The translations under genes were made by a program, and so were the position numbers. A DNA stretch of 52,480 nucleotides from Candidatus Aenigmatarchaeota archaeon (lineage in GTDB: Archaea > Aenigmatarchaeota > Aenigmatarchaeia > CG10238-14 > SpSt-28). Below, in pieces: positions 1 to 8,986 of the stretch (position 1 is the stretch's first letter; every line of letters begins with the position of its first letter). The stretch spans positions 1 through 52,480 of the forward strand of contig JAVYKI010000005.1 of NCBI GenBank assembly GCA_038742305.1. The letters are read 5' to 3'. The notes under the pieces were generated by a model. The model was not told where the DNA came from. It made no database searches and saw only the letters and a list, made by a program, of their open reading frames with translations.

Positions 1-53
1 ATAATAGTTTTCCTTCTGCTGGTCCACTCATATTATTTATGAAGAAATAATTT

Positions 54-527
54 ATGAAAGAAATTGTAATTGTTACTGCACTTTTTATTTTCTTAATTGA
101 AACCTTCTTGAATTTTAATTTTGAAAATAATTGTAAATTGCCATAAATTCCAGATAATTCTGAAAAATTAGTTACTAAAGTAATTGATGGAGATACATTT
201 TTAATAGAAGGTGGCTATAAAGTTAGAATTTTAGGAATTGATGCTGATGAAAAAGGTCAAAAATGTTATTATAAAGCAAAGGAAAAGCTTGAAGAATTAA
301 TTTTAGGAAAAGTTGTTAGATTAGAAAAAGACTCTCAAAATTTTGATAAATACTGCAGATATTTAAGGCATGTTTTTATTAATAATACTAATGTTGCTTT
401 AGAATTGTTGAAAAGCGGTTTAGTGGTTGCAAGAATAGAAAATTTAAATAAATATGTTTATGAAATTCAGTTAGCAGAAAAATATGCTAGAGAAAATAAA
501 ATTGGTTGCAAATGGAAAAATAACTAG
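54..527 (+). pseudogene. Thermonuclease (SNase-like) with N-terminal membrane anchor, interrupted by an in-frame TAA at 144-146
   Basis: Manual translation from ATG54: MKEIVIVTALFIFLIETFLNFNFENNCKLP*IPDNSEKLVTKVIDGDTF...VRILGIDADE...DKYCRYLRHVF...LLKSGL...ARENKIGCKW. SNase motifs VIDGDT, RxxGID and DKYxR follow the stop. Confidence 0.8.
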
Positions 528-2076
528 TTTAATTTTATTAGTTATTGTAGTCTTAGCATTTTATTTAAAAAGCTTAATTTTAATTTCTATTTTGCCAATT
601 CTACTTCTTTTCACTCTTTTAATTTATTTTAAGTTCCCTGCTTGGAAAGCGAGCGCAATATCTTCTGTTTTTGTTTTATTAGTTTCAATTTTTTATTTTC
701 AAGCTTTTAATTCTATAAACGCTTGGTTAATAGGAGCACTATTCGGAATTTGGAATGTTTCTTGGCTAATTTTTTGGACTATATTTTTCTTTAATGTTTT
801 TAAATTAACTGGATTATTAGAAGAATTTAAAAATTTTATTTTAAAAAATTCTGTTAATGACATAAGAGTTTTATCTTTAATTTTGGCTTTTTCTTTTGGA
901 GCAATTATTGAAGGAATAACAGGTTTTGGAACTCCTTGGGCTTATGTAGTTCCAATATTAGTTTCTTTCGGGATTCCAGAATTAAAAGCTATAACAATTT
1001 CTGCAATAGCAAATACTGCTCCAGTTTCTTTTGGAGCTTTTGGATTGCCAATGATAACTTTAGCAAGCGTAACTGACTTGCCTTTAATGATTTTGAGTCA
1101 TGCAGAAGCAACAATAACTTTTATTGAGGCTTTTTTAGTTACTTTTTTAATTTTATATATAGTTGACGGAATTAGGGGAATAAAAGAAGCTTGGCATTTT
1201 GCACTAATTGCTTCTCTTTCTTATGGAATTGTTCAATATTTAGTTGCAACTTATTTAGGGCCATATTTGCCAGATGTTTTGGGCTCTATTTCTTCTCTTA
1301 TAGCTTTATTTTTAGCTTCTAGATTTTTAAAAGCTAAAAGAATACAAGTTGAATTAAAATCTAAAAAATCTCTTATAGCTTTATTTGTTTTTATTTCTTT
1401 CTTAGCTTTTTGGACTTTTCCTTTCTTACCTTTTATAAACTTTTCTTTAATAAAGTTTAGCTATTCTTTAGAAAATTCTTTTGCTGAAAAAAGTTTTACA
1501 GTTTCTTATTCTTTTAATCCTTTTTCAATTGGTACAGGAGCATTTTTGGCATTTTTAATAAGTTTAGCAGTAATTAAGCCAAAAATTGAAATTTTAAAGC
1601 AAGCTCTAAAAAATACTTTAAAGCAAACTTATGGGGCAATTTTAACTTCTTTATTTGTTTTTAGCTTAGCATATACTTTTAATTTTATCGGTTTTTCATA
1701 CTTTATTGCATATTATGCTTCTCAACTTGGCTTTTTATTTTTTATTATTTCTCCTCTTCTAGGAACTTTAGGCGCAGCATTAACTGGAAGCAATACATCT
1801 TCAAATGCAATTTTTGGAAATATTCAATATTTAACAGGAATAAAGCTAGGATTTCCAGAAGCTTTGTTACCAATTGCAAATTCTACTGGAGCAGAATTAG
1901 GTAAGCCAATTGCCCCTCAAACTGTTTCTGTTGGGGTAACAACTTCTAGCTATGTAGGAAAAGAAGGAGAAATAATAAAAAATAATTTTAAGTATGTAAT
2001 GTTTTTAGTCGCTTGCTTAATTGTTATACTTTTTGTTTTATCTAAAATTTATCCTTATCCTTTTATTGTTAAATAA
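484..2076 (+). CDS. lctP: L-lactate permease family transporter
   Basis: Polytopic membrane protein with EGITGFGTP, ANTAPVSFGAFGLP and LTGSNTSSNAIFG motifs; exact start uncertain. Confidence 0.88.
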   Translation: MLEKIKLVANGKITSLILLVIVVLAFYLKSLILISILPILLLFTLLIYFKFPAWKASAISSVFVLLVSIFYFQAFNSINAWLIGALFGIWNVSWLIFWTIFFFNVFKLTGLLEEFKNFILKNSVNDIRVLSLILAFSFGAIIEGITGFGTPWAYVVPILVSFGIPELKAITISAIANTAPVSFGAFGLPMITLASVTDLPLMILSHAEATITFIEAFLVTFLILYIVDGIRGIKEAWHFALIASLSYGIVQYLVATYLGPYLPDVLGSISSLIALFLASRFLKAKRIQVELKSKKSLIALFVFISFLAFWTFPFLPFINFSLIKFSYSLENSFAEKSFTVSYSFNPFSIGTGAFLAFLISLAVIKPKIEILKQALKNTLKQTYGAILTSLFVFSLAYTFNFIGFSYFIAYYASQLGFLFFIISPLLGTLGAALTGSNTSSNAIFGNIQYLTGIKLGFPEALLPIANSTGAELGKPIAPQTVSVGVTTSSYVGKEGEIIKNNFKYVMFLVACLIVILFVLSKIYPYPFIVK

Positions 2077-2080
2077 ATTT

Positions 2081-2190
2081 TGGGCCGGGCGGGATTTGAA
2101 CCCGCGACCTACGGGTTTCATTTCATCTTTTTTCAAAGCTTTTAGTTTAGACTAAAAGCCCGCCGCTCTACCTAGCTGAGCTACCGGCCC
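2081..2190 (-). tRNA. tRNA-Lys(TTT) with 36-nt intron at 37/38 (intron 2117-2152)
   Basis: Reverse complement folds as GGGCCGG TA GCTC..GAGC G GCGGG CT TTT A [intron] A CCCGT AGGTC GCGGG TTCAAAT CCCGC CCGGCCC A. Confidence 0.95.
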
Positions 2191-2253
2191 AATAATTTTA
2201 ATTTTTAATCAAATTATTAATAAATCTAAAAATCAAAGGATATAATTTTATAT

Positions 2254-4791
2254 ATGGTAAATGAAAAAATAAAAGATTCTGAAACTTTGTTTTTTGAAAA
2301 ATTAAAAGAAGTTTTTATTGGTGCAAAAGTTGAAGGAGAATCAGGATACATAAATTTGATGAAAATAAAATCAAAGTATTTTGATAAAATTTTTGAAATT
2401 TTAAAAAAAGAAATACAGGAAAAAACAGCTGAATTTCCAGAATTTAAAGAAGAATTATTTACCAAACTTTATAATTTCTTTAGTAGATACTTTAGCGAAA
2501 GCGGATCGGTTTATTACAGATTTACACCATTTAACGAAAGAATATACGAAAGAGTTTATACAGATGATAAAGATGTTGTAATGTTTTGGAAAACTCATAT
2601 GCTCTACTATGTAAAAACAGAAAGATTGTTTAAAAGCATGTTTATAGAAATTAATGGTTTTAAATTTTATTTTGATGTTTCTAAATTACAGCATAAAAAA
2701 GCTTGGGAAAAGAAGGAGTTAGTCTATGAATTGAAAGAAGTTAAAGAAGACAAAACAATTGTATTTAATGTTTTATATTCAGAAAGAGGTAAAAAAACTA
2801 ATATTGATGAAATTTTAAAAGAATTAAAAAAGAAAGGTATAAATTTGGATGAAAATATTTTAGAAGAAGCTTTCAAAATTTTCGAAAAACAAAGCGAAGT
2901 AGATTATTTTATTAATAAAAATGCTAGGCAATTTTTAAAAGAGCAATTTGACCTTTGGCTCTATCAATATGTATTTTCTGATGAAACACAATTTACAGAA
3001 AAAAGAATTAAGCAACTAAAGGTTTTAAAAGAAATAGCGTATAAAATTATCGACTTTATTGCACAGTTTGAAGATGAGCTAGTTAAAATATGGAATAAAC
3101 CAAAGTTTGTTTTAAACAGCAATTATGTTATAACATTGGATAGAATAGCTAAAAAAGGAGAAAAAGGAATTAAACTAATTGAAAAGATAATAGATAAATT
3201 AGTTGAACAAAAGAAGGATTTTGAGAAAGAATTAGATAAGTGGAAGAAAATTAAGGAAAACAAAAAATATTATAGAGAAAGATTCGAGGAAGCGGGTGAA
3301 ATAAAAAATCAAATAGTTGATTGGTATTTATTGGATTTAATTAATGAAGATTTCGATCCAAGAAAAATCTTAATTCCAAAAATTACAGGCAAAGGAATTA
3401 ATCCAAAATATCAGTTTTTACCAATAGATACCAAATATTTTAAAGATTTAGAGTTTGAAATTCTAGATTTATTCGATAATTTGGATTATGAGTTAGATGG
3501 TTGGTTAATTAAAAGTGAAAATTATCAAGCTTTAAATACAATTCTACCCAAATTTAAAGAGAAAGTACAAACAATTTATATCGATCCTCCATTTAACAAA
3601 GAGCAAGACGCAGACTATTTCTATACTGTAAAATTTAAAGATTCTACTTGGATAACAATGCTTGAAAACAGATTAAGATTAGCAAGAGAATTTTTAAAAG
3701 ATACCGGAAGCATTTTTGTAAGATGTGATTATAACGGCAATATGTATGTTAGGTTATTAATGAATGAAATTTTTGGAGAAGAAAATTTTAGGAATGAGAT
3801 AATAGTAAGAAGAACTACTATGATGAAAAGAGAAACAAAGAGGTTTGAGGTAGAAAGTGATAGTTTGTTTCTCTACGATAGAAATAGGGAGAAAAATATC
3901 TTCAATATGATATGGGTTGAAAGAGAACCTTTTTGGGCAGAAATGCCAGTAAAATATAATAAGGGTGGTCCTACAGGAAAACCAATAGTTATAGAAGGTA
4001 AAATTTTCAATCCTCCAGAAGGCTATTCATGGGCTATAGGAAATGAAGTTGCAAATATAATGTATAAAGAAGGTAGATTAAAAATAGAGAATGATAAAAT
4101 TTATGTTTTGTTTGACAAAAAAGCAGTTGGCACTAATTGGACAGACATTCCCGGATATTCTACGAATTGGGGTTTTAAAACCGAAAATTCAGAAATTCTT
4201 CTAAAAAGAGTTATAGAATCAACTTCTAATGAAGGCGATTTAGTTATGGATTTCTTTTTAGGCTCTGGCACTACCACAGCAGTATCACATAAACTTAAAA
4301 GAAAATGGATTGGAATCGAAATGGGAGAACACTTTTATACAGTAGTTTTACCAAGAATGAAAAAAGTTTTAGCTTATGATAAAACAGGAATTTCAAAAGA
4401 AAAAGATGTTAAAGAAAAATATAATGAAAATAATGCTGGTGGATTTTTCAAATATTATGAATTAGAACAATATGAAGATACTTTAAGGAGAGTTAAATAT
4501 GCTGATGCCGATCCGTTTTTTGATCCAACACAAGATCCTTACAATCAATACATTTTCATGAAAGATTTGAAGTTATTAGAAGCATTAGAAATTGATTATA
4601 ATAACAATAAGGTTAAAGTAAATCTTGAAAAACTCTACAAAAACATAGACATCGCTGAAACACTTTCTAATTTGCTTGGTAAGTGGATAAAGAAAATAAC
4701 GGAAGATTATGTTGAGTTTGAAGACGGAGAAAAGGTAAATATTAAGGATTTAGACTACAGGCTGGTTAAACCTTTGATATGGTGGGAATAA
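2254..4791 (+). CDS. mod: Type III R-M DNA methyltransferase subunit (beta-class N6A/N4C MTase)
   Basis: Motif IV YIDPPFN precedes motif I DFFLGSGTT; FRNEII; followed by a res gene. Confidence 0.9.
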   Translation: MVNEKIKDSETLFFEKLKEVFIGAKVEGESGYINLMKIKSKYFDKIFEILKKEIQEKTAEFPEFKEELFTKLYNFFSRYFSESGSVYYRFTPFNERIYERVYTDDKDVVMFWKTHMLYYVKTERLFKSMFIEINGFKFYFDVSKLQHKKAWEKKELVYELKEVKEDKTIVFNVLYSERGKKTNIDEILKELKKKGINLDENILEEAFKIFEKQSEVDYFINKNARQFLKEQFDLWLYQYVFSDETQFTEKRIKQLKVLKEIAYKIIDFIAQFEDELVKIWNKPKFVLNSNYVITLDRIAKKGEKGIKLIEKIIDKLVEQKKDFEKELDKWKKIKENKKYYRERFEEAGEIKNQIVDWYLLDLINEDFDPRKILIPKITGKGINPKYQFLPIDTKYFKDLEFEILDLFDNLDYELDGWLIKSENYQALNTILPKFKEKVQTIYIDPPFNKEQDADYFYTVKFKDSTWITMLENRLRLAREFLKDTGSIFVRCDYNGNMYVRLLMNEIFGEENFRNEIIVRRTTMMKRETKRFEVESDSLFLYDRNREKNIFNMIWVEREPFWAEMPVKYNKGGPTGKPIVIEGKIFNPPEGYSWAIGNEVANIMYKEGRLKIENDKIYVLFDKKAVGTNWTDIPGYSTNWGFKTENSEILLKRVIESTSNEGDLVMDFFLGSGTTTAVSHKLKRKWIGIEMGEHFYTVVLPRMKKVLAYDKTGISKEKDVKEKYNENNAGGFFKYYELEQYEDTLRRVKYADADPFFDPTQDPYNQYIFMKDLKLLEALEIDYNNNKVKVNLEKLYKNIDIAETLSNLLGKWIKKITEDYVEFEDGEKVNIKDLDYRLVKPLIWWE

Positions 4792-4796
4792 AAGTG

Positions 4797-6014
4797 ATGT
4801 GGAATCAATTTAGGGAATTTTGGTATAATAAAATTCAGGGGAAACAATTTATACCTAATGAAGAAGATGTAAAAGAAGCTAAAAAGTTAGCAGAAAGATT
4901 GAAGGGAAAAGATGATGTAGAAACTCTTAATAATATTTTAGAGTGGCAAGAAAGAAATATACTCTATTGGAGAGAGCGAGGATATTTAGACATATCATTA
5001 TTTCCTTTTATTTGGCTTGGATATATAATTGTTTTTGCAATTATTTCAACTCCTATTTTTGTTTTCCTATACATTTTATTAACAAAATTTCTCATTATTT
5101 CAACCACTCTATCAATTTGGATATCCTTAAGTTTAACTATTTTAATTTTCGTTTGGATTATCTTCAAGACAAATACAACGTTTAAGCTTGTATATTTACT
5201 CTTATGGTCTTATCCTATATACGAATTAGTAAAATTAGAACTTCTAAAAAACTTAACAGTAGAAAAAATTTCTAAAGTATTAAATATTACAGTCTTAAAT
5301 TGGGCTATTTTTGGAATTTCATTTTTTTCTCTTATTTATTTAGTCATGATTTATAAATATTTTTCCCGAAGTGAGAAATCTATATTAAATAAAATTTATA
5401 AGATATGGAAATTAATAACTGCAACTTTTAAACTTTCTCTTACAACCAGCGAAATTCTTGAATATAAAATGGCGATTTGCAAAGATTACGCAAAACTTAC
5501 AGCATCTCTTTTATTGAACCTATATCCTAACAGTAAAATTTTCTTTTTTACTTTTCCTGGACATGTAGCCACAGGGATTGAGATTAACGGCAAGATATAT
5601 ATTTTAGACCAAAAATTACCTATAATGAATGAAACAGCCTGGCTTATCCAATGGAACAGAAAAGATGCAACAAAACTTGAAGTAAAAAGAAAAAACGGTA
5701 AGTATTTTGTAGAATATATTGGAAAAGTTTTTTTAAAAGAAAATTTGAAAATACAAGATTCAAAAAATTTGATTAAAGATTTGATTAAAAAAATAGAAAA
5801 AGCGATTAAATTAGGAAAAAGAAAAGTTGTCTATACACTGGAAGGAAAAGCAAAAATTTATGATGTGGAAGATGAAATTATAGAGGAATCACTATTAAGA
5901 AAGATAAGACTATTCTTAGAGAATGAAATGGTTAGTAATTTTTCAAAGATTAAAGAATTAAAGATAGAGAAAGATAACGATGATATACTTTTAGAGATAT
6001 ATCTGAATCATTAA
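4797..6014 (+). CDS. Transglutaminase-like (Cys-His-Asp) protein with a multi-TM insertion
   Basis: AICKDYAKL, PGHVA and ILDQ triad; hydrophobic block of about 4 TM between the N-terminal TGase helices and the catalytic Cys. ATG4797 has GGTGGGA upstream (ORF track start 4779). Confidence 0.75.
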   Translation: MWNQFREFWYNKIQGKQFIPNEEDVKEAKKLAERLKGKDDVETLNNILEWQERNILYWRERGYLDISLFPFIWLGYIIVFAIISTPIFVFLYILLTKFLIISTTLSIWISLSLTILIFVWIIFKTNTTFKLVYLLLWSYPIYELVKLELLKNLTVEKISKVLNITVLNWAIFGISFFSLIYLVMIYKYFSRSEKSILNKIYKIWKLITATFKLSLTTSEILEYKMAICKDYAKLTASLLLNLYPNSKIFFFTFPGHVATGIEINGKIYILDQKLPIMNETAWLIQWNRKDATKLEVKRKNGKYFVEYIGKVFLKENLKIQDSKNLIKDLIKKIEKAIKLGKRKVVYTLEGKAKIYDVEDEIIEESLLRKIRLFLENEMVSNFSKIKELKIEKDNDDILLEIYLNH

Positions 6015-6016
6015 AA

Positions 6017-8986
6017 ATGATTCTTAGACCAATCCTTCAATTGATGGTTGAAGATATTAATTTTGATGATTTACCTAGTGATTGGAATATGTTAGATATT
6101 GTAAGTTTTTCCAAAGGTAAGAAATTGTGGGATTTTCAGCAGGAAGCCTTAAAAAACGCTATTAAAGTTTTGTATCTTTACTTCAAAGAGGATGGAGCAG
6201 ATAAATTAAAATTCTATCAAAGATACAAATTTAACGGTTTAGATGAGGATCTAGAAAGAGGTTTAGATATAAGAATTTCTAAAATAAAAGCAAAAGTCTT
6301 ATCCATTATACAGCGATATTATCCAATAGAAGATGATAAAATAAAGTTTCACAATTTTATAAACAGAGCAGCTTTTTGGATGGCAACTGGAAGTGGCAAA
6401 ACTCTTTTGATTGTAAAACTTGTTGAAGTTTTAAAGAGATTAATGGAAGTTGGAGAAATTCCAAGAAAAGATATACTAATTCTTACACACAGAGATGATT
6501 TAATTAATCAACTAAAAAAGCATGTAAAAGAATTTAACGAATTAGTAGTAGAAAGGGGTTTCAAAATAAATTTAGTAGAATTAACAGAATATGATAAAGT
6601 AAAAAGAGAGAGCTTAATTCCGTTTTTTAATGAAATAACAGTCTTTTACTACAGGTCAGATTTGATAAGTGATGAACAAAAAGAGAAATTGATCGACTTT
6701 AGAAATTATGAGAACAACGGCAACTGGTACATAATACTTGATGAAGCACATAAAGGAGATAAAGAGGAGTCGAAAAGACAAATATATTATTCAATTATGT
6801 CAAGAAACGGTTTTTTGTTCAACTTTTCAGCTACATTTACTGATCTAAGAGATGTTATTACAACAGCTTATAACTTCAATTTAGAGAAGTTTATCTCGGA
6901 AGGTTATGGGAAGCACATCTATATACTTAAACAAGAAATGAGAGCTTTTAAAGAGAAGGAAGATTATAACAGAGAAGAAAAACAAAAAATTGTTTTAAAA
7001 TCCTTAATTTTACTCACTTATCTTAAAAAGATAAGAGAAAGAATAAAAGAAATTGCAGGAAATGTTTATCACGAGCCTTTAATGCTAACTTTAGTTAATA
7101 CAGTAAATTTTACTGAAGTTAAAGAGGAAAAACCTGACCTGGTTTTATTCTTTGAGGAAATAGAAAGAATAGGAAAAGGAGATATTAACGAGGAAACTTT
7201 TAAAAAGGCTAAAGAAGAATTAATTCAAGAATTTCAGGAAAATCCTAATTTAGTTTATGAAGATATTAGGATTAATATTAATCAGGATATAATTAGAAAT
7301 TTAAGTGTTGAAGACATTTTAAAATATGTTTACAATTCTGAAAGTCCAGGAAATATAGAAGCTATACTTATTCCGGAAAGAAGGCAAGAAGCTTTATTTA
7401 AGTTAAAAACTAGTGATAAACCTTTTGCTTTAATTAAAATAGGAGATGCAATAAAATGGATAAAAGAAAATCTTAAAGGCTATGAAGTTTTGGAGAGTTA
7501 TGAAGATAAAAGTATCTTTGAAAATATTGATAAAAGGGAAGATATAAGCATTTTGATGGGTTCTAGAGCTATTTATGAGGGCTGGGATTCTAACAGACCT
7601 AATATAATTCTATTCATAAATATAGGTGTTGGGAAAGATGCTAAAAAATTTGTTATTCAATCTATTGGAAGAGGAGTAAGAATAGAACCTATAAGAGATA
7701 AGAAAAGAAGATTACTGAATCTTTATAATAAAGGAGAAGATAATAATCTATTTCAAAAAATAAAAGAATATGTAGATCCAATAGAAACGTTGTTTATATT
7801 TGGTACAAATAGAAATGTTCTGTACGAAATTATAACAACATTAAAAATAGAGAGAGAAATTAAAGAGACTATAGAATTATTTGAAAATGAAATGGCTAAG
7901 CAATTCGTTCTTTTAATTCCTGTTTTTAAAGTTTCTGAAAAGAGGTTGTATCAAGAAAGAGAACCTCAAAAATTCTTAATTTCGGAGCCTCTTTTTAATA
8001 CACTTAAAGAGTATTTTACTTCTATTGATGATAGAATTCTTATAATACAAAATAATTTATCTCCAGAACTTCTTTCTATCATAAAAAGCAGTTTTGACAA
8101 TAAAGAAAAATATTATAAGATTACATCTGAGCATTTTAATATTCCATTGAAATCAATTATAAAAAAATTAATTACTCATTTTAACCTTAATGTTGAAGAA
8201 TTAGAAAAATTTAAACCACTAGAAGGAGAAATAATTCATTTCAAAAAGATTAAAGTATTTTTAAGAACTAAAGAAGAAATTGATGAATTAAAGGAGAAAG
8301 TGAATAAAGTTTCACAATTTAAGGACTTAGAATTAAAGAAAAAAGAATTAAAATCAATGTTAGAAAGAAAAGAAATTACAATAGATGAATATACATCTGA
8401 AATAGAGAAATTAGCTAAACTTTCAAAAGAAGAAACTTTTAAAGATTTAAAAATAAAAAACATAATAAATCATTATTACATTCCAGTTATTCTTTCTGAA
8501 AGAGAAAGAATAGATTATATAAAACATATAATAAAGACAAGAAGCGAAGTAAAGTTCATAAAAGATTTAGAAGAATACCTTGAGAAGAATAAAAATAATA
8601 TAAATGTTGATTGGTGGATGTTTAGTAAAATAGATGAACATTTAGACGAAATTTATATTCCTTACTACGATCCAGATAGTAATAAAATAAGAAAATTCAA
8701 ACCGGATTTCATATTTTGGTTTCAAAAAGGGAAAGAATACTATATTATCTTTGTTGATCCAAAAGGAATAAAGCATACAGAATTCGAACATAAAGTAGAT
8801 TGGTTCAGAAAATTCTTTTGCGAGGAAGAATCTCCTAAAACCTTCTTATATGATGGTTTTGAAATTAAAGTCTTTCTTTATTTATATACGGAAGATAAAA
8901 ATAAACTCTCAGAAGGATATAGAAAATATTGGTTTGATAGAATCGAAGATATATTCAAATACTTTAATAAGAAAAATGCTATTTAA
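6017..8986 (+). CDS. res: Type III R-M restriction subunit (SF2 helicase + PD-(D/E)XK nuclease)
   Basis: MATGSGKT, DEAH, FSAT, EGWD, QSIGRGVR and C-terminal FKPDF...VDPKG. Confidence 0.9.
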   Translation: MILRPILQLMVEDINFDDLPSDWNMLDIVSFSKGKKLWDFQQEALKNAIKVLYLYFKEDGADKLKFYQRYKFNGLDEDLERGLDIRISKIKAKVLSIIQRYYPIEDDKIKFHNFINRAAFWMATGSGKTLLIVKLVEVLKRLMEVGEIPRKDILILTHRDDLINQLKKHVKEFNELVVERGFKINLVELTEYDKVKRESLIPFFNEITVFYYRSDLISDEQKEKLIDFRNYENNGNWYIILDEAHKGDKEESKRQIYYSIMSRNGFLFNFSATFTDLRDVITTAYNFNLEKFISEGYGKHIYILKQEMRAFKEKEDYNREEKQKIVLKSLILLTYLKKIRERIKEIAGNVYHEPLMLTLVNTVNFTEVKEEKPDLVLFFEEIERIGKGDINEETFKKAKEELIQEFQENPNLVYEDIRININQDIIRNLSVEDILKYVYNSESPGNIEAILIPERRQEALFKLKTSDKPFALIKIGDAIKWIKENLKGYEVLESYEDKSIFENIDKREDISILMGSRAIYEGWDSNRPNIILFINIGVGKDAKKFVIQSIGRGVRIEPIRDKKRRLLNLYNKGEDNNLFQKIKEYVDPIETLFIFGTNRNVLYEIITTLKIEREIKETIELFENEMAKQFVLLIPVFKVSEKRLYQEREPQKFLISEPLFNTLKEYFTSIDDRILIIQNNLSPELLSIIKSSFDNKEKYYKITSEHFNIPLKSIIKKLITHFNLNVEELEKFKPLEGEIIHFKKIKVFLRTKEEIDELKEKVNKVSQFKDLELKKKELKSMLERKEITIDEYTSEIEKLAKLSKEETFKDLKIKNIINHYYIPVILSERERIDYIKHIIKTRSEVKFIKDLEEYLEKNKNNINVDWWMFSKIDEHLDEIYIPYYDPDSNKIRKFKPDFIFWFQKGKEYYIIFVDPKGIKHTEFEHKVDWFRKFFCEEESPKTFLYDGFEIKVFLYLYTEDKNKLSEGYRKYWFDRIEDIFKYFNKKNAI

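Noticed and set aside
1-31. Possible start of a minus-strand gene (MSGPAEGKLL...)
   Set aside because: Only 10 codons lie inside the window, so it cannot be assigned
2226-2465. Short antisense or alternative-frame ORFs (this one and 4943, 4964, 8236, 13947, 16121, 16709, 17191, 18154, 18359, 18806, 19611, 24563, 26881, 36210, 39056, 40816, 45171, 45599)
   Set aside because: Shadow ORFs of better-supported genes with F/S/I/L-rich antisense composition and no motifs
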